NCBI GenBank assembly: GCA_951406725.2
Contig: OX597825.1
Span: 74,214,001-74,278,000, forward strand
Source of the DNA: Octopus vulgaris
Taxonomy: Eukaryota
DNA length: 64,000 nt
Direction of reading: 5' to 3'
The position numbers and the translations under genes were made by a program. This document shows positions 44,395-57,859 of the stretch, piece after piece. The notes under the pieces are model-generated. The model was given only the letters and a program-made list of their open reading frames with translations. It searched no databases and was not told the origin of the DNA. The stretch's first letter is position 1, and the number at the start of each line of letters is the position of its first letter.

Positions 44395-44441
<47 letters not shown>

Positions 44442-44474
44442 TATATATATATATATGCATATATATATATGTAC

Positions 44475-44511
<37 letters not shown>

Positions 44512-44547
44512 TATATGTTTATATATATATATATGCATATATATATA

Positions 44548-44592
<45 letters not shown>

Positions 44593-44694
44593 GTTTATAT
44601 ATATATATGTATATATATGTTTATATGCATATATATATATATGTATATATATGTTTATATGCATATATATATATGTATATATATGTTTATATGC

Positions 44695-44729
<35 letters not shown>

Positions 44730-44738
44730 TGTATTATA

Positions 44739-44784
<46 letters not shown>

Positions 44785-44846
44785 TTTATATGCATATATA
44801 TATATGTATATGCATATATATATATGTATATATATACATATATATA

Positions 44847-44897
<51 letters not shown>

Positions 44898-44965
44898 GCA
44901 TATATATATGTATATATATACACACATATATATATATATATATGCATATACATATGCATATACGT
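44295..44965. repeat. Long compound (AT)n microsatellite with higher-order duplications
   Basis: Read directly; ATGTTTAT...ATGCAT...ATGTACAT blocks recur. Confidence 0.95.
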
Positions 44966-45834
44966 GTGAACATAAAGAAATCTATCTAAATAAGCATATA
45001 GACTGACAGACAGACAGACAGAACGATAGACATGCCGAAAGGCACACAAATACAGAGATACATTGATAATGCTGACATTTTATACACGAGTATCAAATAT
45101 AATAAATATCAATAACGCACGATCAGAATAATAAATAAAATAACTCACTACATATTGTCTTATATCGTATTTATTATGTAGACTTATACATGATAGATAA
45201 TTAAATTTATATTATTTATATTATTTAAATTACTTTATATTATCGATTTATTGTTTTTAACTCAAAGATATCGTCTGTTGCAGTCACACCTTGCCTCCTC
45301 ATTTCCATTTAATCTGCCTGCCCGTAAATAGACTAATTTAGTATCTTGTGTTGTGCCTTCCGGGTGTCGAGACATAATTTTTATTGCGACCTTATTTATC
45401 GATCCACCGTATAGTTTTTTCTAGTGTTTGTTGCGGAGAATACATTTATTGATCTATGTTCAGTCTAACCACATCGTTGCACTCCGTGGGCTGTTATTGG
45501 GTCGAAGGAGGAGGTAGATGAAAAAGTATGAGGGAATGGGGAAACAATTGTACATTTGTTATATATTTTGGTTGGCTGTAATATAAATAAACTGTATTCA
45601 CAGAAGCAAATTTCCTCAAAAGCAAGAGAATGGAGAATGGAGAAAGAGTGTATGAAATATATATGCAAATGAAGCATTAAGAACGGAAATGGTCTTTTGC
45701 AAAAGTCATGTCTAAAGCACAAGCCAGAAGCAATGAAAATGTTATATAAAAGTTATATATAGACCAAAATACAAGGATCGAAAACAAATATCAAGTGTCT
45801 TGAATTCTACAATAAAGTTCCAGGCTATCGTAAT

Positions 45835-45867
<33 letters not shown>

Positions 45868-45889
45868 AATAATAATAATAATAATAATT

Positions 45890-46381
45890 ATCATGTACAT
45901 TGTTTTGTCTTGGTGTAAAAGATGGGCTACAGCAAATATTCTGCTCAACACCACAGATTTGCTTGTCAGTTGTTTGACCTTAACCAGTTGAGCATGTCCC
46001 TTAGTGGCTGACGATATGTGCATCTCTGATCATGAGCAGAAGTAGTGGGGGAGCATCATAGCCATGTGTTGAGAGGGATTCTTTGGGGTTTGAATAATTC
46101 ACCTCTGGAAACATGGGTGGTTCTTTCAACATCCTTAAACAACCCTTATTCAGGGACCTTTTGAGTGGGATGGGCTACTCAACCTGAAGAAAATTCTAAT
46201 TGGGCCCTACCTGCAAGGTCATGTGCTGTTTATCTTGATATGAGATCACCATGTCGCGCACGTATGGTTGTGATGCATGTGCCTGGTGTACCCTTATCAG
46301 ACGGGTAGTCATGATGGGTATACTGGGCTTCGTATATTTTACCCCAGTGTCACTTTGATGGCATGCACTGCTCTCTCACTC
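45890..46381 (+). mobile_element. Non-coding interspersed repeat family E, embedded in (AAT)n
   Basis: Homologous to 57261-57795 (inverted). Both end CTCTCTCACTC followed by (AAT)n and are preceded by AAC/AAT repeats. Confidence 0.85.
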
Positions 46382-46455
<74 letters not shown>

Positions 46456-46499
46456 GGGTTGAAAAGTGTGATACATCAGTACACATCATCAATTTGATG

Positions 46500-47100
46500 G
46501 TATGAGTCTGGGAAACAAAAATTCGATGAATGCATGGACAGTTCAATAACTGTGAATAATGGTGTAAAGACGATTCCTCTTGAAACAAAATAGAATATTT
46601 CCACTCACACTGTTATAGGTACACCTGATATTTGACGAAGTTATGGCAAGAGCCAAGCCTATACTGTCTTGCCTTTGCCAATTCTACCTTGAAAATTCTG
46701 AAAACAGTCGAAGTGACCTCGTTCAATTGTAAGGCTTCTGTGAAACTGAGAAACTGAGAGTTTGTTTCCCAAATATCTAAATGGATGCTTGTGCAGGGTA
46801 AATCGTGTCTTGATGCTGATTTTCGTTACCCAACTATGATTGTATGCATGGTTATCATACAACTGTACTTTAGTCATATAAACTGATTCCTGAGGTAAAC
46901 CATTACTATTTAGTATAGTTAGACTTGCCAGGGTAGATATAGCTGCATTTAGGATTTTTTTAGTACTCATATACTTTGGTGAATGTTTTTGCATTATACA
47001 AACCAAAGTGATGATGATATCAAGACATTTTCCCTGCAGAATGGACACAGGTATTATAGAATATTTAGTTGAACAGGTATTATAGAATATTCAGGTTACT
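46500..47100 (-). pseudogene. Heavily decayed Penelope-like element (linker and GIY-YIG)
   Basis: Across frames: GKCLDII, LYNAKT, QESVYMTKV, SIKTRFTLHKHPFRY, LAKARQYRLGS, CPCIHR. The order is collinear with the fossil at 25040-25425. Confidence 0.55.
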
Positions 47101-47172
47101 TAAAAGTCATCTGCTTTTCTTGGCAATATTATACGGCCAGCTGCCTTATAAAAGCAAATTTTCTCCCCAAAT

Positions 47173-47547
47173 CACTAAGAACTCAGAGACTGTAAACCTC
47201 TGTCAAGGCAACACCAATGTCCTCTCAATGATTAGCCAGAGATGATTTTTAAAATGAGAATATCTGAAATAAACTGAACTGCTCACACAAACGAGAATAC
47301 TAAAAATGAACCCGACCGCTCTCAAATTTTAAGTAAAAAAATAATAACTGGAAAAATAATGCCGAATCCTTGTCCGGTACCAGATCAATCCCAAAATCTA
47401 ATCAGTTTGTGCCGGTTACGAGGCCAAACATCCATGAATATTTCATTAGAATTCATCCATTGGTTCTTGAGATATCTGGTCAACAGACAAACAAACGGAC
47501 AAATACGACTGGAAACAATACCTCCGCCTTCGCTAAGGCGGATGTAA
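47173..47547 (+). mobile_element. Probable Helitron/Helentron-type non-autonomous element
   Basis: 5' AAACCTCTGTCAAGGC, an internal ACAG/ACAA microsatellite-like tract, and a 3' GC-rich hairpin ACCTCCGCCTT-CGCT-AAGGCGGATGT whose right arm is an inverted partner of the 5' motif. Confidence 0.6.
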
Positions 47548-48197
47548 AAATATTATTTCTCGACTTCTGCTTACGAGCCTATGGCATTTATATATGGCTT
47601 AGTAATTAGTATTTCTGTCTCTCATTCTTGGCATTGTAGACCATCTTGGTAAATATCTAGGCGGCACTTTCGAAAAGTGAGGCCGTTCAAGCAAACCAAA
47701 GGGAGGAGGTTATATGCACTTTGTTAAATAGGAATGCAAGCAAAGACGCACACAAACATGTATACATATACATAGACATATATACATATACAAATATATA
47801 TATATATATCTACATACATATAGATTTACATATACATACACACTCACACACACACACACACACACACATACATATATATATACATATATGTATATGTATA
47901 TGTATATGCATGTACGTATTTATATACCCCTTTTGTGTGTGTGAAGTGCGTTTTATCAAGAATGGTCATGACATCCAAATGATAACTAACTTCTTATCTT
48001 TCTTCCGTACGTATTTAAATTCCAGGATTTCTCGCTCCGTCTTTTCCGTTCATATATTGAATCTATTTCCTTTTTGTACCATTAGAACCGACATTTCCCA
48101 ATCAGTAACGTATGAAGTACACAGCTGTAAGATTAGTAATTCCCGGAAGAGACATTTTGTCGACGCTTGATTTATTACTTATGTGTACATATCTGCG

Positions 48198-48274
<77 letters not shown>

Positions 48275-48466
48275 ACATATTTTGCAAATTTGAACACTCC
48301 CACGCACTGACACTGCATGTTGCTTTGGCTGAACAACAGGTGATGGAACCCTTGTGATATTATCTTTGTCATAAGCTTTGTAAAAAAAACTCCAACGTTT
48401 TCTCTTCTGTGCGTGAGTCAACAGTCGAATTCTTCGAGATAGATAGATAGATAGATAGATAGATAC

Positions 48467-48541
<75 letters not shown>

Positions 48542-48879
48542 AAGTGGGGAGAGAGATACGGAGGAAGGGAAAGCAACAGAAAATAAGAGAGAGCTTACGA
48601 GAGAGATTCAAAGGGAGAGAAGAACATTCCCAGCACAAGACTGGTTGACAGGGTCAATCGGAAAATTTGACTTCTCGGAGTGAAAGATGCAAGAATACAT
48701 TCTTCAAGTATTCCAACCGTTATCTAAGTAATTCTGCATATTGTCGCTTTAAATACCCACACAATATAAAGAAACAGACCGATAAACACTCACGGAACAC
48801 AGACATGCAAATAATTCTATACATAATACATACATACAAACATACATACATACACACATACATACATACACGCCATGAT

Positions 48880-49087
48880 AGATCGTTCGCCACTACACAC
48901 ATCTTTTCTCTCCTTTTTTTCTCTCCTTGTTTCTCTCCTTGTTTCCTGTGTCCCTTTCTGTAGAAGAGCGTAGGCTCGAAACGTAAAATACTTTTTTCTA
49001 TTCCTGAGCGTTATACTAATACATATGTTTGTTTTGTACACCACCTGTCTTCGTCTTTTGTTGTTGTTATTTGTAAAATCTCCCTAT
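48880..49087 (+). mobile_element. Penelope-like pseudo-LTR fragment with variant hammerhead (48955-48987)
   Basis: TTT-CTGTAGA-A-GAGC(GTAG)GCTC-GAAAC-GTA-AAA. Related to 3063-3320; the core has T in place of the conserved A6. Confidence 0.6.
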
Positions 49088-49702
49088 ACATACAGACATA
49101 CATACACACATAGAACATTTGGCCCAATCGGTTGTGCATATAGCCATGTAAACGTTGATATGTTTGTTCGATTCTGGCTAGGGTTAGCTCATCATTTTCC
49201 AGTCAGCTGGTTTATATATAAATGTCGCTTTAAATCGGAGAATACATTTACATACATATATGCACAGAATGCCAGTATCCCAACTACACATGCGTAGATA
49301 ACATAAAAAATTAGGACCCATACAGTTTCAATCGGATAACGTAGGCAACATCTCAGTACCGCTTTCATTTTCGGCACAATGCACTTACATTTATAATGAC
49401 CCTTTCTATAGAGTGTTAACGCTTCCAGTATCTAGCGCGCTATAATTAACATATAGGCTCATATATATCTGAATATTAAGGAGGTTTATACTTCAAATTA
49501 CACATCCAATGAAAGCCTTTGTTCAGCTATTAGCGTACGTAGCGAAGTAGAAAATACTTCATCTGTTTTCATATAATTTCAAAGCGATATTTTCATATTA
49601 TTTCCAATCTGTTCAGCTCTGATTGAGCAAATCTACGACAATAATTGTTGCAGTCTTGCCGATCCTGTTGCCTTTCAAACACAGTGTATCCAACGCCATA
49701 TT

Positions 49703-50087
49703 GGAAGCACTCCGTCGGTTACGACGACGAGGGTTCCGGTTTTATTCGAATCAACGGAACAGCCTGCTCGTGAAATTAACGTGTAAGTGGCTGAGCACTC
49801 CACAGACACGTGTATCCTTAATGTAGTTCTCGGGGATATTCAGCGTGACACAGAGAGTGACAAGGCCGGCCCTTTGAAATACAGGTACAACAGAAACAGG
49901 AAGTAAGAGTGAGAGAAAGTTGTGGTGAAAGAGTGCAGCAGGGATCACCACCTCCCCCTGCCGGAGCCTCGTGGAACCTTTAGGTGTTTTCGCTCAATAA
50001 ACACTCACAACGCCCGGTCTGGGAATCGAAACCGCGATCCTACGACCGCGAGTCAGCTGCCCTAACCACTGGGCTATTGCGCCTCCA
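49703..50087 (-). mobile_element. tRNA-headed SINE family D with TSD
   Basis: Minus-strand head TGGAGGCGCAATAGCCCAGTGGTTAGGGC...GGTTTCGATTCCC. TSD CAACGC(C/T)ATATT at 49691 and 50088. A decayed 3' copy lies at ~51285-51452. Confidence 0.88.
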
Positions 50088-50116
50088 CAACGCTATATTA
50101 TCTAACGTCTCTCAAA

Positions 50117-50331
50117 GGCGGCGAGCTGGCACAATCGTTAGCACGCTGGGTAAAATGCTTAGTTCGGTATTTCGCCCGTACTTATATTCTGAGTTTAAAT
50201 TTCGTGTCAAAGTCGACTTTGCCCTTCATCCTTTCGGGGTCGATGAAATAAGTACCAGTTACGTACTGGAGCCGATGTAATTGATTATTCCCCCTCTGCA
50301 AATTGCAGGCCTTGTGCCTATAATAGAAAAG
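50117..50331 (+). mobile_element. SINE family A with 15-bp TSD
   Basis: TSD ATTATCTAACGTCTC at 50097 and 50332. Confidence 0.9.
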
Positions 50332-50540
50332 ATTATCTAACGTCTCCTTCAATATTTAGTTCCATATTTAATTTTAAGACAGTAAGGTAAGACAGACATA
50401 TAACCGTTATTTCTAGCAGATGTAGCGCTAATAAAACTTAGTTACTCGAGAGAAAAATGGAGGCCCTGAAATATTCATGTCTTGCTTTTTCTGTGGAATA
50501 TTACATCCTACATTAGAATTGTGCGTGAAGTGATGTTAGG

Positions 50541-50790
50541 TAAAAGTAAAGTTAAATTCGCGAGTCATGCCGACCCATAAGGGCCGGTTTCCCGGTTTTA
50601 TGGTGTATATATTCCGCACCTGGATGGGGCGCAAGTCCTTCGCAGAATAACTCATTTTTGACAACTGAGTGTCAGGAGCAACGTGACATGAAGTGTTATT
50701 CTAAAAAACACAACGCGTCACCCGGTCCAGGAATCGAAACTACACTCTTACGATTATGAGTCCAACACCCCTAACCACTAAGCCACACGC
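50541..50790 (-). mobile_element. SINE family C
   Basis: Homologous to 4716-4960 in inverted orientation. Confidence 0.85.
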
Positions 50791-50850
50791 TTTTACTAGT
50801 GAAGAAACATTGCCATGAATTGAATCAAGAACAGAGTTAGAGAAGATGAT

Positions 50851-51247
50851 TACTCTTTTACTCTTTTACTTGTTTCAGTCATTTGACTGCGGCCATGCTG
50901 GAGCACCGCCTTTAGTCGAGCAAATCGACACCAAGACTTATTCTTTGTAATATTCTACCAGTCCCTTTTGCCAAACCGCTAAGTTACGGGGACGCAAACA
51001 CACCAGCATCGGTTGTCAATCGATATTGGGGTGGGGGAACAAACACAGACACACAAAAGCACACACACACACACACATACACACACACACATATATATAT
51101 ACATATATACGACGGGCTTCTTTCAGTTTCCGTCTATCAAATCCTGTCACAAGGCCTTGGTCGGCCCGAGGCTACAGTAGAAGACACTTGCCCAATGTGC
51201 TACGCAGTGGGACTGAACCTGAAACCATGTGGCTGGAAAGCAAGCTA
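50851..51247 (-). mobile_element. SINE family B
   Basis: Homologous to 6393-6844. Confidence 0.9.
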
Positions 51248-51484
51248 GACCAGAAATTTTTATGTTGTTGTCTTTTATGGATCCTCGGTCGGTTTCGACG
51301 ATGAGGATTTCATTATTTTGTACAACAGAGTTATTTTCTCTTTAAATTCTGGTGTAAGTGGCTGAGTATTTCAAAAAACGAGTGTCTCTAACATAATAAA
51401 TCACGTGACAAAATCAGGATGAAATAACATGTGACAAAGCTGTTACTTTGAATTAAAAGTGCACTCCATTCCGACCTCTTATAG

Positions 51485-51530
51485 GCACCGCTTGGTTCAA
51501 CCCCAAATACTGGGCAAACCCGAAGCCACG
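51485..51530 (+). CDS. Candidate 46-nt internal exon of an unidentified gene
   Basis: Acceptor CCGACCTCTTATAG| and donor CG|GTGAGT. GC-rich, not repetitive within the window, and open in all three frames. Confidence 0.4.
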
Positions 51531-52746
51531 GTGAGTACCGCCTACATTATGGATACATGAATATGTATTAGTATCAGCTGGCAATGTCGAGTATTGATTA
51601 GTTAACTGATAAAGAGGAAAGTCAAAGAGAGGGAAAGAATGAGAGAGAGAGAGCTTATGTATGTGCGTATGTATGTGAGTGAGAGACAGACAGAAAAAGG
51701 GGGGATGTAGAGAGAGAGGAAGAGGATCAAAACTCGAAAGAAAAGAAGAGAATGGTGGAAGGAAAGACAAGATGGCAGATTGGAAATATTTTGTAAAGTT
51801 TGCTGTGAAAAGAAATGCATTTTAGATGAATGAAAAATTAAATATGATCTATTTTTATTCCTTTTGAGTATCCTTTAAGTGTGCATATGTGTATGTATAT
51901 GTGTGTATGCGTGTGTCACAATCTGTGGATGTATGCGAATACGTAAGCATGTGTGTAATATACGCGTTGGTATATTACTGCGTGTGTTAGTAGCATATGA
52001 AGTAATCTATATGTATGTATGTGTGCGTATGTATGGTAAACTATTAATGCGGGTATATGTGAGTGTTACCCTATGCGTATATCTGTATAAGAACACGTCT
52101 CATTGTTTCTATGTATATCTATGTGTCTATGTTTGTGTGTCTCAATAAATCAGTATGTTTGCATTTGTCTGTATGTATGCATATATATATATATGAATAC
52201 ATATATGTGTCTATGCATGTGTGTAGGTGCATATGTATGCATATATTATGCTTGTGTATACATGTGTATGTGTGCCTGTACGAATGTGTATGTGTGCATG
52301 TGTGAGTATAATGAAAACACGTGTTATGTCTCACGTATTATACATAGGTACAACTTACCTCGACAAAGACAAATTCGTATTAAATCCGTTGGTAGCAGTT
52401 TGGAATAATTTCTAACGACAGAACACAGATTCTGGTTGGCGACAAGAGATACGAGAATATAATAGGGACGAAGATGGGTGGGTATGTAAGTAGATGGCGA
52501 AGGAAGGAGCGAAGTGGGGGAGAGGTAAGAAGTTCACTGGTGGTGAGAAGGAGAAGAATAGAGAGACGTGGAAAGAGAGAGAGAGAGAGAAGCACAGGAA
52601 CATAGAGAATATGTGTGCATGATTATATGTATATATATATATGTATATATATATATGTATGTATACATATACATACATATATATATATACATATATATAT
52701 ATACATATATATATATATACATACATATATATATATACATACATAC

Positions 52747-52807
<61 letters not shown>

Positions 52808-52842
52808 CATACATACATACACATATATATATATGTATACAT

Positions 52843-52914
<72 letters not shown>

Positions 52915-53397
52915 GTAAATGTGTATTTATATATGTGTGTGTGTATGGAAATAGTGTAGGAAAAATAGATAGAGACATGCAGACAGATAGATAGAGGTTG
53001 GGAGAAACAGAAGGAAATAAAAGAATTAGGCCAGACACAGGGACGTAAACGTAACTAAGGGTGTATCCAAGTTGAATGAGAAAGGCGTGTAGGGAAGAAC
53101 AACACACTGACAGTTACGCAGAATAACACAGAACGGCAGTTCTTAATTCCTGTTATAATGGTATCATATAAATATCACAACTTTACATGCTTCTACAGCG
53201 GACCGCTCCTTACATAACGTTCATCATTATGTATTCTTCTATTCTGCTGTTCTCCTATTCTATTTAATCACATACACTTAGTAACGCATAATTCATATCT
53301 CAGCTGACGCCTTCTGTTTAGGTTTATATAGTGTTATTCTCTTTTCACCGTTCGTTTTTATTTATAATATGCTATATGAAATACCCTTCAGTTTATT

Positions 53398-53620
53398 ATC
53401 TTTTATCGTTTTCTTGCTTCAGTCATTTGACTGCGGCCATGCTGGGGCACCACCTTGAAGGATTTTATTCGAACAAATCGTCCTCAAGTCTTTGTTTTTT
53501 TTTTTTAAAGCCAAGCACTTATTCTATCGGTCTGAATTGCCAAACCGCTATATTACTGGGGTGTGGAACACAGCAAGGTTGTCAATCGGTGGCGGGGACA
53601 AACACAGACACAAAGACACA
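53398..53620 (-). mobile_element. SINE family B, 3' half
   Basis: Contains TTCAGTCATTTGACTGCGGCCATGCTGGGGCAC...GGGACAAACACAGACAC. Confidence 0.85.
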
Positions 53621-54221
53621 CACATACATATATATACGTGCACATACACACACGCATACACAAACACAGACAAACACACCTACACACATACAAACACAAA
53701 CACATATATATATATAGAGAGAGAGAGAGAAAGAAGAAAGGAGAGAGAGGCAATTATGCGGATAAACAAATTAGACACATTTAATATACTAAATACAATA
53801 TTTTGGGAATGAAATACAAAATATGTATATATGAATACATGCAAAATGAGAGAAAGTAAAAGGGGGGGGACTTTCAAATGATGATTTATTTTTTAAGTAT
53901 TGATATCTAGATATTTGCCTCTGTACCCACTCAACTTGATCCTTCCTATAATGCTTCTTTACCTTGTGGAATCAATCCCCTATAAACACATCGGGGTTTA
54001 AGTATGAGCCTTTTGAGCACTACTAAGTGTCGTGTATACGGAGACTCTCTGGATTTATATATATATATATATATATATATTTGAGTAGATGAATGAATTA
54101 TCTTGTTATGGATAATTCGGTTAACCGATACCTGGGTAGCAAATTCACATCAGAGAAGACACTTTTGAAGTTACGCGCTTTCGTGTGGAAATTTGTATGT
54201 TTTTTTTTTTTTTAAATATAA

Positions 54222-54397
<176 letters not shown>

Positions 54398-54662
54398 TAT
54401 ATGTATATCTGTGTGTGTGTGTGTGTGTGTATCATCTATAAACAATTGAATAATGGAGTTGCATGTATTCCATTTATTCCACGGTCTGTAATTGTTTCAA
54501 TGCTGTGTGGATGACAAACCAAGCAACATACATGAAATACTTGGGTGAAAGCAATCATAGTGCCACATCGATTATATAACGTGTATTACATAATGATCGA
54601 CCCCAAAGTCATTTACTCATAACCCGGTGAATAAACGAAACATGAAAAAATTCGTATCTATA

Positions 54663-54713
<51 letters not shown>

Positions 54714-55176
54714 ATGTGCGCGCGCGTGTGTTTAGTTTTAAAGAATATTCAATGAACAAGTCTGACTCTGATAACACGCTATGAAAAAGCACTCAACGCA
54801 GCTTAGCGGAGTGAATCGTATAATCTAGTTATAAAGTTAAATGCTTCACATTTTCATTTGCGTGCAGAGTTTCACGTGTTTTAATGCTTGAAGATCTTCT
54901 GCGACAGAGAACCATGTATTTTCCATGTGAAGTGTTTCCTGGTGTTGTTTTACTACTGCTGTACGTCTTCATCATCATAGGCGGCCCCGCGACGAGGAGA
55001 CACTACATATATTACTTGCTTCAGTGATTTGACTGCGGCCATACCGGTGCACCATTTTGAAGGGTTTAATCGAACAAACTGGCCCCAAAACTATTTGTTT
55101 GAAGCTGACGATTACTACTCAGAAATTTTCTTTTCTTACGAGTTTTCATGTGACAGATTAGATAGATAGATGGATG

Positions 55177-55262
<86 letters not shown>

Positions 55263-55267
55263 GAAAC

Positions 55268-55349
<82 letters not shown>

Positions 55350-55586
55350 GGAGGTAGGCTGATAGATAGAAAGATAGATAGATAGATGTGTGTATACGTG
55401 CGTATGCACACACACACACACACACTTATATTTATATGATTAATGTTGACAGCAGTTTGCAATGTTTCACCAAAAGGAAAACTATATTCGCCACTAAATG
55501 TGACTAGGGTGTTAAATACACCTAGATTGCAGGAAATAAAGGCTAAAATGCACTAACGATGTAACCAAAGCACATGATTGTATACA

Positions 55587-55720
55587 TATATACTGATAAG
55601 GATCGTAATCGTCCGAAAACACCTTATATTGACAGTCAGTTTCCGCAATTTCCGTTGCCTCATCAGTAAAGATAGGCTCGACTTCGGCAGATTCCGGACT
55701 TAATTCTCTATCAGTATATA
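55587..55720. other. 135-bp unit with 12-bp inverted ends and convergent HHR-like cores
   Basis: Ends TATATACTGATA/TATCAGTATATA. Plus core at 55593-55618, minus core at 55666-55631. Confidence 0.45.
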
Positions 55721-55909
55721 TGATTTCATCATAGAAATCTAGGGATGGTTTAGCGAATCGCTAATGTGTGTACAGGGAATTGATGTAGACAGTAGTTTGT
55801 CGTGTTTCGCCAAGGAAAAACAAGCCAAAATGCTCTAATGCTGTAGTCAAAGCACGCACGCACACTTTTTCTCTCTCCCTCTCTCTCTTTCTCTCTCCCT
55901 ATCTCTCTT

Positions 55910-55978
<69 letters not shown>

Positions 55979-56534
55979 TCTCATTTTCCTCGTGGGATGT
56001 CTTCGGCGATGATGCCAAAATTTGATTTTTCCTTGATTTTTTCGAGTGAGGTCGTAGATAGATAGATACACCCGACACAACTTCGCATATACGAGGGTGT
56101 AATTGCACATGTTTATACGCATATCTGTGTGTGCACTTGTATGTATGTGTTTAAAGACAGACGTTGTGGTGGACGCTAAATGCAATTTATTGATTAATCG
56201 TTACAAACAGGCTGGCCTGTGAATAAACAACAACAACAACAGCAACAGCAACGACTGTTCATTAATTTTCTAAATACAAATTTTTCACTTTGTAAATTCC
56301 ATTCCATATATAAACAGTGAACAAATTAGCGTGTATGTGGACGGTCAAACTGCAAGGAATAGCAGATAAATCTGCTACCTCAAGTCACTCACTATCATTA
56401 AAAAAAATGGAATGTCCCACAGTATAAAGTAGCCATTGTTGGTATCTGACTGAAAAACCAAAAATTAGCGATATTGTCATACATATGTTTTGGCGTAGGT
56501 TATCTTGAGAGTGAATTAAGGGGCTATACAATAA

Positions 56535-56591
<57 letters not shown>

Positions 56592-56598
56592 CATCATC

Positions 56599-56639
<41 letters not shown>

Positions 56640-56643
56640 CATC

Positions 56644-56700
<57 letters not shown>

Positions 56701-57185
56701 GCCCTTGCACAGCTTCTAACGTTGGAGATGTACTACAGTATCAGCTGTTCATTACCAGGTAACACCTCTTATTTTTCAAGCACCTTCCGGAGTATTCGAG
56801 TGGTTCCAAGCAGTGCTGTTTTCTGCAAGTGTTCCACCCTTATTCTCGAGATTTTTGCTCACTGTCCTCGGGGCTTCGACATTTATTGGTACTACTGCTA
56901 CATTTTCATCGACCACAACTGCTTGACTTCCCAAGCTAACCTGTCATATCTCTCGACTTTTCTTTCTTCCTTATCGCATACGTTGTTGTCAGCTGGGCAT
57001 GCTATGTCTTTGATCCAGCATAGTTTGTTTTCTTTCTCAATTAAAACTATGTCCGGCTTCCTATTTTCTATCTCATGGTCGCACTGAGTCATAAAATCCC
57101 ATAGGATCTTTGCATTTCTATTTTCGACGATGCCTTCAGATTTGTGTTCGCAACAATTTTTTTCTCTGTCAAGTCCATACTTATT
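56701..57185 (-). mobile_element. 5'-truncated R4/Dong-like non-LTR retrotransposon (restriction-like endonuclease domain and 3' UTR) inside (TAA)n
   Basis: EHKSEGIVENRNAKILWDFMTQCDHEIENRKPDIVLIEKENKLCWIKDIACPADNNVCDKEERKVERYDRLAWEVKQLW...VEHLQKTALLGTTRILRKVLEK* (PD-(D/E)xK-type RLE). (ATT)n flanks both sides. Confidence 0.92.
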
Positions 57186-57199
57186 ATTATTTTCATTAC

Positions 57200-57260
<61 letters not shown>

Positions 57261-57795
57261 CGAGTGAGAGAGAGCAGCGCATGCCATCAAAGTGACACAA
57301 ATATACAAATCCAACACACTTGTCTGAAAAGGGTACACCAGGAACATGCATCACAACTATACGTGCGCGACAGGGTGATCGCATATCAAGATAAGCAGCG
57401 CGTGAACTTGCACGTGGGACCCAGTTAGAATTACCTTTAGGTCGAGTAGTCCATCCCACTCAAATGGTCCCTGAATGATGTTTGTTTAAGGATGATAAAG
57501 AAACACGTTTTCAGAGGTGAATTATTCAAACCCCAAAGAATTTTTTCTCAACAAATGGCTGGGATGCTCTTCCACTACTTCTGCGTGTAGTAATCAGAGA
57601 TGCACATTTCGTCAGCCACTAAGGGACATGCTCAACTGGTTATGGTCAAACAACTGACCAGCAAATCTCTGGTATTGAACGAAATATTTGTTGTAGCCCA
57701 TCTTTTATACCAAGACAAAACAATGTACATGATAACACTTCCAATAAGTTAAGAACAATGAGATTTAGTGCCTGGTTCTACATCAGAGCATTTAT
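57261..57795 (-). mobile_element. Repeat family E
   Basis: Inverted, more diverged homologue of 45890-46381. Confidence 0.85.
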
Positions 57796-57814
57796 TACTA
57801 TTATTATTATTATT

Positions 57815-57859
<45 letters not shown>

